From Scenedesmus sp. PABB004 (taxonomy: Eukaryota), in the NCBI GenBank assembly GCA_014905635.1, contig JABVCE010000043.1:123391-143390 (forward strand): 20,000 bases of DNA, written 5' to 3'. The stretch's first letter is position 1. Each line of letters starts with the position of its first letter. Below the pieces are notes generated by a model. That model searched no databases. It saw only the letters and a program-made list of their open reading frames with translations, and was not told the DNA's origin. This document shows positions 1-10,622 of this stretch, piece after piece. Made by a program: the position numbers and the translations under genes.

Positions 1-1096
1 GCCTGCGCCAGCTGCGCCACGCTCAGCCGCCCCCGGCTGTGCACCAGCAGCGACTGCTCCGGCACGCTCAGCTGGCGGCTGCCGCTCGCGTCCAGGGTGT
101 GGCTGCAGGGGAAGGCGGCGCACACGACGGCGCACGCAGCCTGGCGGGCACGCGCGCGGCGTCAGCGGCGCCGGGGCGCAGGCGCGGCCGGGCGCCGCCG
201 CGGCGGGCGGCCGCCGCCCCCTGGCGCACCTGCTCCTCCGCCGCGTCTGGGTCCAGCACCAGCGTGCCGTCGGCGCCAAACGCGCAGCTCACCGCGGCTG
301 CACGGGCGCGGCGCGCGCGGCGCGGCGGGACGGGGTCGGCGCCGCCCGCGCCGCCGCCGCGGCGCGGACGGCGCGCCGGCGAGTCGCTCACCGGTCATGC
401 AGCACAGCGGCAGTCCCGCGTCCACGAGCGCCGCGCAGACCGCGTTGGCCGCGACCGCAAGCAGCGCGCCGTCGGCCTGCAGCACCTGCACCACCACGAG
501 CACGAGCGTGCGCGGGTGGTGCGCGAGCAGCACGACCTGCTCCACCAGCTGCCGCAGCACCTCCTCGTACTCACACTCCGCGGGGCCTGCGCGCCCGCGC
601 GGCGGCGGCGGCGGCAGTGTCGACGCGCGCCCGGGGCGTGGAGCCGCGCGCGGCGCTGGCTGCTGGCGCAGCAGGTGGCGGCGCGGGGCGGCGCGGGCCG
701 CGCGGGCGCGCACACCGCCACCGCCTCGTGCCCCGCCCCGCACCCGGCAGCCCGTGGCGCGGCTTGAACAGCACCTCCACCACGCCGCGCTCCGCGTCCT
801 CCTTGCGCTGCCCCGCCGCGTGCGGGCCGTGCACTGCGGCCAGCACCGCGCTGCCCTCCTGCGCCCACTTGGCGGAGCCGTCCGCACGCTGCAGCACGCC
901 GCGCTCGGACAGCAGAGGCCTGCGGCGGCACGCACGGCGTGGACAGGCGGACGGGCGGGCGGCGGGCGGGCGCGCAGCGGCGGCCGGCGGCGCGGGCCCG
1001 GCGCAGCGCGCCGCACCGCATCTGGCTGGGCAGCCGGCCCCGCGACCGGTGGCCGTCGGGGCCCACCAGCGCCGTTGGCGGCGGTGGCGAGGTCAT
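1..1096 (-). CDS. RRP46: Exosome complex RNase PH-like subunit RRP46/EXOSC5 (3' end lies outside the window)
   Basis: Minus-strand exons 1096-1017, 919-744, 586-392, 297-230, 140-<1, all joined by GT-AG introns in frame. Spliced protein MTSPPPPTALVGPDGHRSRGRLPSQMRPLLSERGVLQRADGSAKWAQEGSAVLAAVHGP...HPRTLVLVVVQVLQADGALLAVAANAVCAALVDAGLPL...LVLDPDAAEEQ carries the RNase PH-family motifs of the RRP46 type. Confidence 0.9.
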
Positions 1097-1418
1097 GGAG
1101 CGCTCGCCGCGAGGCCGCGCTGCCGCTGCACGCCGCGCCGCCGCCGCCGCCGCCGCTGCTGCCGCTGACGCTGCTGCCTCCGCTTCGCCTGCTGGCCTGG
1201 CGGGGTGTCGATGAGAGGGCTTCTGCGCGGCGACAGGCCGCGGCAGCTTGTGCAAAGACCGGGCGCGCCCGCCGCGCTCCCCGGGCGCCTCCGCGCCCGC
1301 CTGCGCGCCGCGCGCCCCCGCCCGGCCACTCCCCGCTCGCGTCCGGGCTCCCCGTCGTCGCAGCGCCCCCGAGCCGCCGCATCACGGCCCCGCAGCCGCC
1401 GGCGCGGCGCCCATCACG
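1097..1418. promoter_or_regulatory. Short divergent intergenic region (5' UTRs and probable bidirectional promoter) between RRP46 and eIF3i
   Basis: The two start codons face away from each other 322 bp apart. No specific promoter element was identified. Confidence 0.6.
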
Positions 1419-2857
1419 ATGCGGCCGCTGCTGCTCAAGGGGCACGAGCGGCCGCTCACGCAGGTCAAGTACAATGCTGAGGGCGACCTGCTGGTGACGT
1501 GCGCGAAGAACCTGCAGCCATGCCTCTGGTTCGCGGAGGACGGCAAGCGCATCGGCACCTACGAGGGCCACAACGGCGCCGTCTGGAGCTGTGACTTCAC
1601 GCTGGACAGCGACCGCCTCATCACCAGCTCGGCCGACCAGACCGTGCGCATCTGGGACCTCCCCACTGGCAAGGAGCTGCACCAAATCAAGATGAGCGAG
1701 CCGTGCAGGGCCTGCCACCTCGCTGTGGGCGAGCAGCTGCTGGCGTTCACCACGGACAGCTTCATGGGCAGCCCTCCGCAGATCCACCTGGTGGACATGG
1801 ACCTGCGCGACTTTGGCGACAAGCAGGGCAGCGCGCCAAAGGCGAGCATAAACTGCCCCAAGGGCCGCGTCACGCGCGTCTACTTCACCGACTGCAACCG
1901 CGTCATGGTCACCAGCCACGACGGCGGCTGGGTGCGCGCCGCGCCGCGCGCGCGGCGGCGGCAGCGGCGCGGCCGCGGGCCGCGGCGCAACGGCGGCGGC
2001 GGCAGCAGCAGCGGCGGCGGCAGCAGCAGCGGCGGCGGCGGCAGCAGCAGCGGCGGGCGGGGCGCCAGCGGGGCAGCAGCCGGGGCTGCGGCAGCGGCAG
2101 CAGCGGCGGCGGCGGCGGCAGCGGCTGCTGCGGCGGCTGCGGCGGCAGCAGCAACTGCAGCAGCGGCGGCGGCGTCGGCGCGCGCCGTCTGACGCCGCCC
2201 CGGCGTGCCGCGCGGCTGGCCGCAGGTGCGGCGGTGGGACACGGAGACGGGCGAGATGCTGGCGGAGGTGCAGGTGCACGAGGACGCGATCCAGGACATG
2301 CAGCTCGCGCCGGACGGCTCGTACGTCGTCACCGCGTCGCTCGACAAGACGGCCAAGCTGGTCGACATCACGAGCCTGGAGACGCTGAAGACCTACAAGA
2401 CGGGCCGCTTCGTGCAGAGCGCAGCCGTGTCGCCGCTGTTTGACCACGTGGTGCTCGGCGGCGGCCAGGACGCGTCGCAGGTGCGGGCGGCGCGGCCGCG
2501 AGCGCGGGGCCGCCGCGAGCGCGGCGGTCGCACGCGCGGCGGGAGCACGCGCGGCGGCAGCGGCAGCAGCGGCGGGCGCCGCGCCGCGCGCGCGACGCCG
2601 GCGTGCGCCGAGCGCGCGTGACGGCGACGCGCTGCGCGTGCCAGGTGACGACGACGAGCGCCAAGGCGGGCGGGTTTGAGGCGCGCTTCTACCACAAGAT
2701 CTACGCCGAGGAGTTTGGCAACGTGCGCGGGCACTTTGGTCCGATCAACACCATCGCGTTTGCGCCCGACGGCCGCGCGTTCACGACGGGCGGCGAGGAC
2801 GGCTACGTGCGCATCCACCACCTCGACATGGACTACTTCACCACGCGCTTCTTCTGA
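1419..2857 (+). CDS. EIF3I: Eukaryotic translation initiation factor 3 subunit I (TRIP-1/TIF34, WD40), 326 aa
   Basis: Exons 1419-1931, 2226-2480, 2645-2857 with GT-AG introns. Starts [25 protein letters not shown] and ends [51 protein letters not shown]. Both termini and the length are diagnostic. Confidence 0.97.
1990..2175 (+). repeat. Intronic compound (GCA/GCG)n trinucleotide low-complexity tract
   Basis: Repeated ggcggcggcagcagcagc units followed by a mixed gca/gcg/gct run inside eIF3i intron 1 (1932-2225), the longest intron in the window at 294 nt. Confidence 0.8.
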
Positions 2858-3087
2858 GCGCACACACACCGCACGGCGCCCGCCGCGGCGCAGGCGGCGG
2901 CTGCAGGCGCAGCCGCCGCCCCGGCGGCCGCGGCGGGCGCAGCGGGCGCAGCGGCTGCAGCTGGCAGCCGCTGCGCCGGGGGGACCCTGCGGGGCGCAGG
3001 TTGTCGGGGCGGGCACGAGTGTTGCGCGTGGGCGCAGCGGCAGCAGCGAGCGGACGGACGGGCACACCCGTCGGCGGCGCAGGCGCC

Positions 3088-3092
3088 TGTAA
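3088..3092 (+). terminator. TGTAA polyadenylation signal of eIF3i
   Basis: UGUAA is the established chlorophyte near-upstream poly(A) element. It lies 230 nt after the eIF3i stop in an otherwise AT-poor region. Confidence 0.7.
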
Positions 3093-3155
3093 GCGCGTGC
3101 GCGTGCCGCCAGACCACGCGCGCCGCGCGGGGGCGCCGCGCTGCTGCAGCCAGCA

Positions 3156-3413
3156 GTGGAGCGCGGCCCGCGCTCGCGGCGCGCCGGGCCCCAGGCGCGC
3201 GGGTTTGGCGGCGAGGCCGGCACACATCCATCTGTACCAGCGCGCGTACCAGCGGCACCCGCGGTCCCAGCCGGGCGCGGCCGCTGCGGCGAGCGCGCGG
3301 CCAGCCGGCCCCCGACGCCAACGCGCGCTGCCCGCACGCCCCACGCGCGCGCCGCCGCCGCCGAGCGCCCCGGTCGCCGCGCCGACGCCAGGCTGCGCGG
3401 CAGGCGGCCCGGG
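3156..3413 (+). repeat. Left copy of a ~260-bp inverted repeat
   Basis: Reverse complement of ~6191-6448. Positions 3176-3274 are identical over 99 bp to revcomp(6331-6429), and a second ~52-bp identical block lies at ~3290-3341. Confidence 0.95.
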
Positions 3414-3606
3414 CGCCGCAGCCACCGCCTGGCGAACGACGCCGCCCCGACGCCGCGCCCGCCGGCCTGCCGAGCGCCGCGGCGGCGGGGCGGCCCGCGC
3501 GCGCCGCGCGCGCCAGAGCGCCGTCGCCCTCGCCTCGGCACGCCCAGCGCCGCGCGCACGCCGGCCGCACACGCCCTCTTTCTTTGCGCCTTCTGCTGCT
3601 GACGCG

Positions 3607-5912
3607 ATGGGGCGCTCCTCCGACGAGGAGCCGATGCTGGGGAGCGGGCAGCTCTACGTGTACGACCGGGCGCCCAAGGACGTCGCCTGGAAGTGGACCT
3701 ACCTCATCTCGCTCGCCCTCGCGCTCGCGGGGGGCATCTACGCCGGCATCCACAGGTGAGAGCGCTTCCGCGTCGCTGCCGGGTCCCGGCCGGGCCCCGC
3801 GCGCAGCCGGGGCCGACGTGGGGGGCTGCGCCGCCCGTGACGGGGGCCGCGGGGCGGCGCGCGCGACGGCTGGCGCGGCATGGCGGCGCATGGAGCGGCC
3901 GCCGCTCACGCGCCGCGGCCGGGTGCCGCTGCTGGGCCGCAGGAACCCGGACTTCTCCCGCCTGGTCAGCGACGACTACCTGGCCGACCCCGCGCACTGC
4001 CCCGCCGGCGCGGGCCCGGCGCGCCGCCTGCTGGGCGAGGGCGGCGAGGACGACACGCCGGCCTTCTTCCTGCGCGCCGCGGGCACGTGCACCGCGCTCA
4101 GCCTGCTCGGCGGCCTCGGCCTTGGCCTGGCGGCGCTGGCGCTGACCCGCAGCAAGCCGCACGTGCTCGTCGGCGCGGCCGTCGGCCTGCAGGTCGCGCT
4201 GCCCGCGGCCGGCGGCGTTGCGCTGCTCGCGGCGGGCGGCGGCGCCGGCGCCCTCCCGCTCTTCCTCGTTGCCGGGGTGCTGGCCTGGGTGTTCTACCTC
4301 TACCGAGAGCAGCTCAGCCTCGTGGCCCGCCTCCTCGGCATCGCAGCGCGCGCGCTCGGAGACAACGCCTCGGCCATGCTGGGCGGCGCGCTCGGCCTGC
4401 AGGCCGCCGGTGCGCGCGCGAGCGCGCCCGCGTGCGGAGAGGGCCAGACGGCGGCAGGGGCTGGGGAGGGGGGGGGGTGGCCCTGCCCCGCGGGGCACGG
4501 CACTCACGCGCGGGGTCGTGCGACCGCGCCCGCGGCGCAGGCCTGGTGGCGGTGCTGCCGCTGCTGGCGGGCGTCGCGCTGGCGTACACCAACGGCGGCG
4601 TGGCGCCCAACCCCAGCGTCGAGTCGCGCAAGGGCGCCGCGTGCGCTGACGCGGCGGGCCAGGACGTGCCCTGCTGCGCGTGGCAGCCCGACGGGTGGGC
4701 GGTCGCATACATGGCGTGGGCACTCATGATGGTCTCCTGGACCACGCTGCTGGTGTTCACCATCAAGGTCTTCGTCCTCAGCAGCGTCACCGCGCAGTGG
4801 TGAGAGCCGCGCGCGCCCGCGCGCAGCGCGCGGCCCACGCGCAGCGTCGCAGCCAGCGCGCAGCGGTCCGCGCGCAGCGGCGCCGCCAGCGCCGCGCCCT
4901 GGCGCCGCCGCCGAGCGCCGCGCCGCGCCGCGCCTCAGGTACTTTGCTCCCGCGATGCAGAAGCCGCGCGGCAGCCTGCGCCGCGCGCTCGGCCACGCGC
5001 TGGGCGCGTCGTTCGGGTCGCTGTGCCTCGCGAGCTGGCTGCTCAACCTGTTGCAGACGCTCAAGAGCATGCTGGACAGCGCGCGCTCGGAGAACAGCGA
5101 CAACCTGCTGCTGCAGCTCGTGCTCTCCTGCGCCGACTTCCTGCTCAGCGTGAGTGCCGCGCCCGCGGCACCGCGCCCGCGCGCGCGCGCGGCGGCTGCC
5201 CCGCGCGAGCTTGGCGGCCTGACGCCTCGGCGCCCCCCGCTGCAGATGCTCGAGGCGGTGACCAAGTTTGCGGTCGTGCGGCTGGCCATCAGCGGCGAGG
5301 CGCTCTTTGACAGCTGCCGCTCCACGGCCGCGCTGCTCACCCGCAACCTGCTGGACACGGTCGGCGTGTGGTGGCTGCCGCCGATGATCCTCCAGGTGCG
5401 CGGGGCAGGGGCGGCGCCCGCCCGCCGGGTGGCGCCTCCGCGCGGGTCCCTGGCAGCCCGCGGCGCAGCCGCCGCGCTCCACGCTGCGCCGCGCCGTCCG
5501 CCGAGTGCCGCCGCCCCGGCCGCCGGCGCAGGTGACCGCGCTGCTGCTGAGCGCGGTGTGGGGCGTGGTCGTGTGGGGCGCGTCGACCGCGTTCTGGGGC
5601 CGCTCCCACGCCGCGGTCGCGTCGGGCGTCGCGCTGGGCGCGCTCTCCTTCCTGCTGGGCCTGCTCACGGTGAGCTTCCTCAACGCGGTGCTGCTCAACA
5701 TCGTGGACGCGGTCTACGTCTGCTTCGCCATGGACCGCGACGCCCACGCGGTAACGCGCCCCGACGTGCACGACGTCTACGCCGGCCTGCCCTGCAACAA
5801 GGCCGGCCCCGGCGGCGTCGTGGAGCAGCCGGACGGCGCGTGGGCCTTCGGCGCGGCGCCCACGGCCGCGCCGCAGCCCGCGCTGGCCTACCCGGCGGTG
5901 CCGCGCGTGTGA
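3607..5912 (+). CDS. Choline transporter-like (CTL/SLC44/PNS1 family) multi-pass membrane protein, ~538 aa
   Basis: Exons 3607-3755, 3943-4409, 4541-4799, 4939-5149, 5246-5395, 5532-5912 (1617 nt, in frame). Many hydrophobic helices plus family-like motifs VTAQWYF, GASFGSLCLASWLL, KFAVVRLAISGEALFDSCRSTAALLTRN and IVDAVYVCFAMD. Confidence 0.87.
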
Positions 5913-6190
5913 GCCGGCCGCAGCTGCCATGTGTGTGCTGCCGGGAGGGTGCGTGCGCCGCGGCTGCCCTTTGTGTGCCGAGGCTGCTGCAGGTGGGCGA
6001 GTTGGTCTTGCCGCGACGCAACGGGGCGCGGGGCAGGGTGACTTGGGATGCGCGACCGCGCCGCGTGGCTGGCGGTGCCAAGTCGGACCGCCTCGATTGA
6101 GTTTGCAAACGAATGCTGGGTGGCAACCGGTTGGCGTGTGTCGCTGAGCTCCGATCCCCGTGCCGCGCCAGCCGCCGCGAACGACGCCGC

Positions 6191-6448
6191 CGGGGCCGCC
6201 GCCGCGCAGCCTGGCGTCGGCGCGCGGCGACCGGGGGGCGGCGGCGGCGCCGCCGCGCGCGTGGGCGTGCGGGCAGCGCGCGTTGGCGTCGGGGGCCGGC
6301 TGGCCGCGCGCTCGGCGCAGCGGGCCGCTGCCGGCTGGGACCGCGGGTGCCGCTGGTACGCGCGCTGGTACAGATGGATGTGTGCCGGCCTCGCCGCCAA
6401 ACCCGCGCGCCTGGGGCCCGGCGCGCCGCAGCGCTGGCCGCGCGCCAC
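6191..6448 (-). repeat. Right copy of the ~260-bp inverted repeat
   Basis: Reverse complement of ~3156-3413. Lies between the CTL stop (5912) and the SBP gene ATG (6642). Confidence 0.95.
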
Positions 6449-6641
6449 AGCCAGCGCGCCGGTCGTCCCTTCACGCGCCGAAAGCCCTCACCGGCGCGTG
6501 GGAGGAGAGGGCTCGCAGGCCGCAGATTCTCGCCGCCCAGGCCGCGCCAGCCCCGCCGCTGTGCACGGGAGGCGCAACGTATCGCTCGAGGCCCAGTGCG
6601 CCGCCTTGCAGCCGCCTCCAGGCTGAGAAGGCGACGACAGC

Positions 6642-8801
6642 ATGGAGCAGCCTCCGCTGCCCGAGGAGGGCGCTGCCCCGGGCTTCGGCAACGTCCTGGA
6701 CCTGGACAAGCTGTTCCATGAAGGTGGGCGGCCGCAGTCGTCGCACGGCCGCGCAGCGGCCTGCCTGCAGCGGAGCGCGCCGACGCCAACGCGTCTCCGC
6801 TGCCCGCCCGCCGCCGCCCCCGCGCAGGCGACGAGCAGACGTGGGACCTGGACGAGTGGAGCTGGGACCCGTACAACATCATGGCGGAGCCCAAGGCGGC
6901 CAGCCCCGCGCCCAAGCGCCACAAGCCCGGCGGCCGCTCGCCGCGCCGCGAGCCCGGCGCGGCGGCAGGCGCCGCGGCGGCGCAGCGGGGCGCGGTGCCC
7001 GGCTCCTTTCGCGGCCTGCTGGCGGAGGATTTCGCGGCCTGGGGTCAGCCGGTGATGATGCAGCAGGCGGCGGCGGTGGCGGCAATGCAGCAGCAGCAGC
7101 AGGCGCAGCAGGCGCAGCAGGGCCTCGCCTGCAGCGGGCACGGCTCGGCCTGCGGCCACGACCCCGCCGGCACGCCGCCGGGGCGGGCGTGCCAGGCGCT
7201 CGCGCACGGCCTGCCCTTCCTCAGCGCCGGCGACGTCGCCGCGCTCCAGCAGCAGCAGGCGACGGCGGCGCTGGCGCACCGCGGCGCCACGCACGGCCAC
7301 CCCGCAGCGCTCCTCGGCGGCGCGTGCGGCGCAGCATGCGCTGGCCTCGCCGGCATGGCGGGCGCGGGCCTGCGGCGCCAGGCGTCGGTCGCCGCCGCGG
7401 CGGGCGGCGCAGACAGCAGCTCGGTGGCGGAGAGCGGCAGCGAGGGCAGCCTTCCCGCTGGGGCGCTGCAGCAGCTGCAGAGCGCCGCGGGGGGCGCGGC
7501 GCCGGCGCAGGCGTCGCTGCCCGCCACGGGCGGCCCTGCTGTGGACGGCTCGCCGTCCGCCGCCAGCACGGCGCACCCCAAGGCCAGTGCGCGGGCGCGC
7601 CGCGCCGCCTCGGCCGCGCCGGCGGCGGCCGCGAGCGAGCCGGCGTCCGGCGACGGCGCGGAGGTGGTGCTGGGCGGGCGCCAGGAGGGCGGCGACGGCG
7701 AGGCGAAGCTGGTGTGCCAGGTGCCTGGGTGCGGGCGGACGCTGAGCGGGCTGAAGGAGTACCACCAGCGCTACCGCATCTGCGACGTGCACATCAAGCT
7801 GCCCCAGGTCATGAAGGACGGCCGCCTGCAGCGCTTCTGCCAGCAGTGCGGCCGCTTCCACGAGCTCGCAGGTGGGGCGCCCGCGCTGCCTGCGGGGAGT
7901 GGGGGGCGGGGGCACTGCCGCGGCGCTGACGGCTCGACGAGCCGCCCCCGACCCCGCGCCCGCCGCTCACCCTGTACGCCCGCCCATGCTGCAGCGTTCG
8001 ACGGCAACCGCAAGAGCTGCAGGGAGCAGCTGCAGAAGCACAACGCGCGCCGGCGCCGCAGGTGAGGCGGCGCGCCGCGCGCGCCTGAGCTGGGCGCGCT
8101 GCGTGCGAGCGCGGCGCCGAACACGCTCTGCCCGGCCGCCGCCCCGCCGCGGCAGGGCGGCGATGGAGCAGAACGCGAGCCTCGCGGACAGCCTGCTCTC
8201 CGCGGTGGATGACAAGAGCGACGTGGGCAAGCTGCTGCAGGGCCTGCTCTCCAACCCCTTCCAGCTGCAGGCGCTCCGGGGTGCGGGGGCCGCCCCGCGC
8301 GCCGGGCTGCGCCAGAGGCCGCGACACGCGAGCTGGTCTCACCGCCCCTGCGCCGCCCCCGCGCTCGCCGCGCCGCCCGTCCGCAGTGCTGCTGGGCGTG
8401 CAGACGCACCCGGCGCTGCCCGCGCCCGCGCCGCAGCCGGCTGAGCACCTGCCCGCGCTCGCGGCGGCGGGCGCGCTCGCGCCCGGCGCGGCGCCGCCGC
8501 CCGGCGGCCCGCCCAGCTACGAGCTGGCGCAGCAGATTCTGAGCGGCGCGGGGCCGTACGCGCCGACGTTTGAGAGCGACGCGCGCGTGGTGCGGCTGAG
8601 CGCCAAGCTCTTCAACGTCACGCCCGCCGACCTGCCGCCCGACCTGCGCGAGCAGCTCACGGGCTGGCTCGCGGCCGCGCCGGGCGGCGTGGAGGGCTAC
8701 ATCCGCCCCGGCTGCGTGCTGCTCAGCCTGCACATCACAGTGCCCGCAGCGTGAGCGGCGCGCCGGGCTGGACGGCGGCGCGGCGCGCGCTGCGCAGGCC
8801 G

Positions 8802-8832
<31 letters not shown>

Positions 8833-10622
8833 CTCCCCCCTCACACGCGCCACGCGCCGGCCTGCGCCGCCGCAGCGAGTACGAGGCGGCGCGCGTGGAC
8901 GGCATGCAGCGCGTGCTCGCGCGCGTGCTGTCGCCCGGCGCGCACGGCTTCTGGTCGCGGGCGGTGTTCATGCTGCAGCTCTTCAACGCCGTCGCGGTCG
9001 TGGCGGCGGGCCGGCTAGTCGCGCTGTCCGACATGGACGACGCCGCGCTGGACGCCCACGAGCTGCCGCACCAGCTCGCCGTCGGGCCGCTGGCGGTGGT
9101 GGGCGGGCGGGAGGTGGAGCTGGAGCTCAGCGGCGCCCACATCGGCGCCCCCGACAGCACGCTGGTGGTCAAGGGCGCCGGCAAGCTGCTGCACCTCGGC
9201 GGCGTGGGCGAGGCGCGCGCCTGCGGCGCCGATGGTGCCAGCTGCCGCGGCTGCTCCGCCCAGCAGCAGGCCAGCGAGGCGGCGGCGGGCGTGCCGCTGG
9301 CCGAGCCGTGCGGCGGCACGCCTCGCTGCGGGCGCCAGGTGGCGCGCGCGCGCGTGGCGCTGCCCGCGACCCGCGGCGGCGTGGTGTGGGTGGAGGTTGC
9401 GCGCGGCGCGTTTGCGAGCGAGGCGCGGCCGCTGCTGGTCGTGGACGACGACGCGCTGGCGGCCGAGGTGGCGGGCCTGGCGCGCCTGGAGGGCGGGCTG
9501 CTGTCGCGGGAGGCGGTCGACGCGCTGGTGCTCGACCTCAGCGCGGTGCTGGCGCACATGGCGCCCGGCGCGCGCGCGGCCGGCGGCGGGCCGGGGCACG
9601 CGGCCATTGCGGGCAAGGCGCGCCGCATCATGGCGTTTGCCGCCGACCAGGGCTGGGGCGCGGTCGCGCGCGCGGTGCTGCCCCTCGCGCAGGCGTGCTG
9701 CGCGTGCGCGGCCGACACCGTGGCGGCGGTGCACCAGGCGACCGCGGGCGACGGCCTCAGCCTGCTGCACCGCGCCGTGCGCAGCGGCAGCCCCGCGCTC
9801 GTGCGCGGCATCCTGGACTGGGGCGCGGCGCACGGCTACGCCTGGCCCGTCGCGGCGGGCGGCCCGGGGGGCGTGACGCCGCTGCACCTGTCGGCGCTGC
9901 TCGACGACGGCGGCGTGGTCGCGCTCATGCTGCTCGACGCGGCGGAGGGCGAGCCCGCGGCGCCCTTCACGGGCGCGCGCGCGGCCGACGGCGTGTCGCC
10001 CTTCCAGCTCGCGTTCCAGCAGGGCCACTGGAGCGTCGACCGCGTGCTGGCGGCCCTCGGCCTCGCGCCCGCGGCCGTCACGAGCGTGCTGGAGACGCAA
10101 CGCCAGCCCACGGGCTGGCAGCTGCTCAAGGCCGCCGCCGACGCGTCCGCCGAGGCCGGCGGCGAGGCCGGCGGCGCGGCCGTCGCCGCCTTTGCCGCGG
10201 CGGGCGCGGCCGCGGCGTCGGCGGCCGCCGCCGGCGACGGCGCGCCCCTGAAGGAGCGGCTCACGAGCTGCCTCGACGCGTGCCTGTACTGCCAGAGCAC
10301 GCTGCCGCCGCTGATGCTGTCGGTCAAGGCCAAGTGCGCGGGCTGCGGGGAGCGCCAGCCCTGCGTGCAGGGCGCCGACGCGCCAGCCAGCCCCGCCGCG
10401 GCCGAGGCGGCTGCCGCAGAGGCGGCCGCGGCCGCGGCGGTGGCGGCGGCCGCGGCCGCAGCGGCGGCGGCAGCGGCGGTGGAGCAGCACCAGCAGCAGC
10501 TGCAGAGCGGGCAGGCTGCGGCCGCGGCGGACGCCGGGTGCGCGCACACGAGCGGGCGCTTGCTGTCGGTGACGGCGCTGTGCCAGACGTGCCACGCCAA
10601 CCGCGTGCTCGAGGTCGCCTGA
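6642..10622 (+). CDS. SBP-domain transcription factor with IRPGC region, ankyrin repeats and Cys-rich C-terminus (CRR1 / SPL1-SPL7 type), ~1142 aa
   Basis: Exons 6642-6723, 6828-7871, 7995-8061, 8156-8280, 8387-8750, 8876-10622 (3429 nt). N-terminal WDLDEWSWD motif. SBP domain CQVPGC...YHQRYRICDVH...[36 protein letters not shown] is split by intron 2. Also RLSAKLFNVTPADLP...EGYIRPGCVLLSL, ankyrin motifs GLSLLHRAV, GVTPLHLSA and GVSPFQLA, and C-terminal CLYC/CAGC/CQTCH. The architecture matches Chlamydomonas CRR1; orthology is not proven. Confidence 0.92.

Noticed and set aside
3001..6626. Identical peptides HIHLYQRAYQRHPRSQP / RCWYARWYRWMCAG in ORFs near 3.2 kb and 6.3 kb, suggesting a duplicated gene
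   Set aside because: They are translations of the two non-coding inverted-repeat copies, with no exon structure or convincing start.
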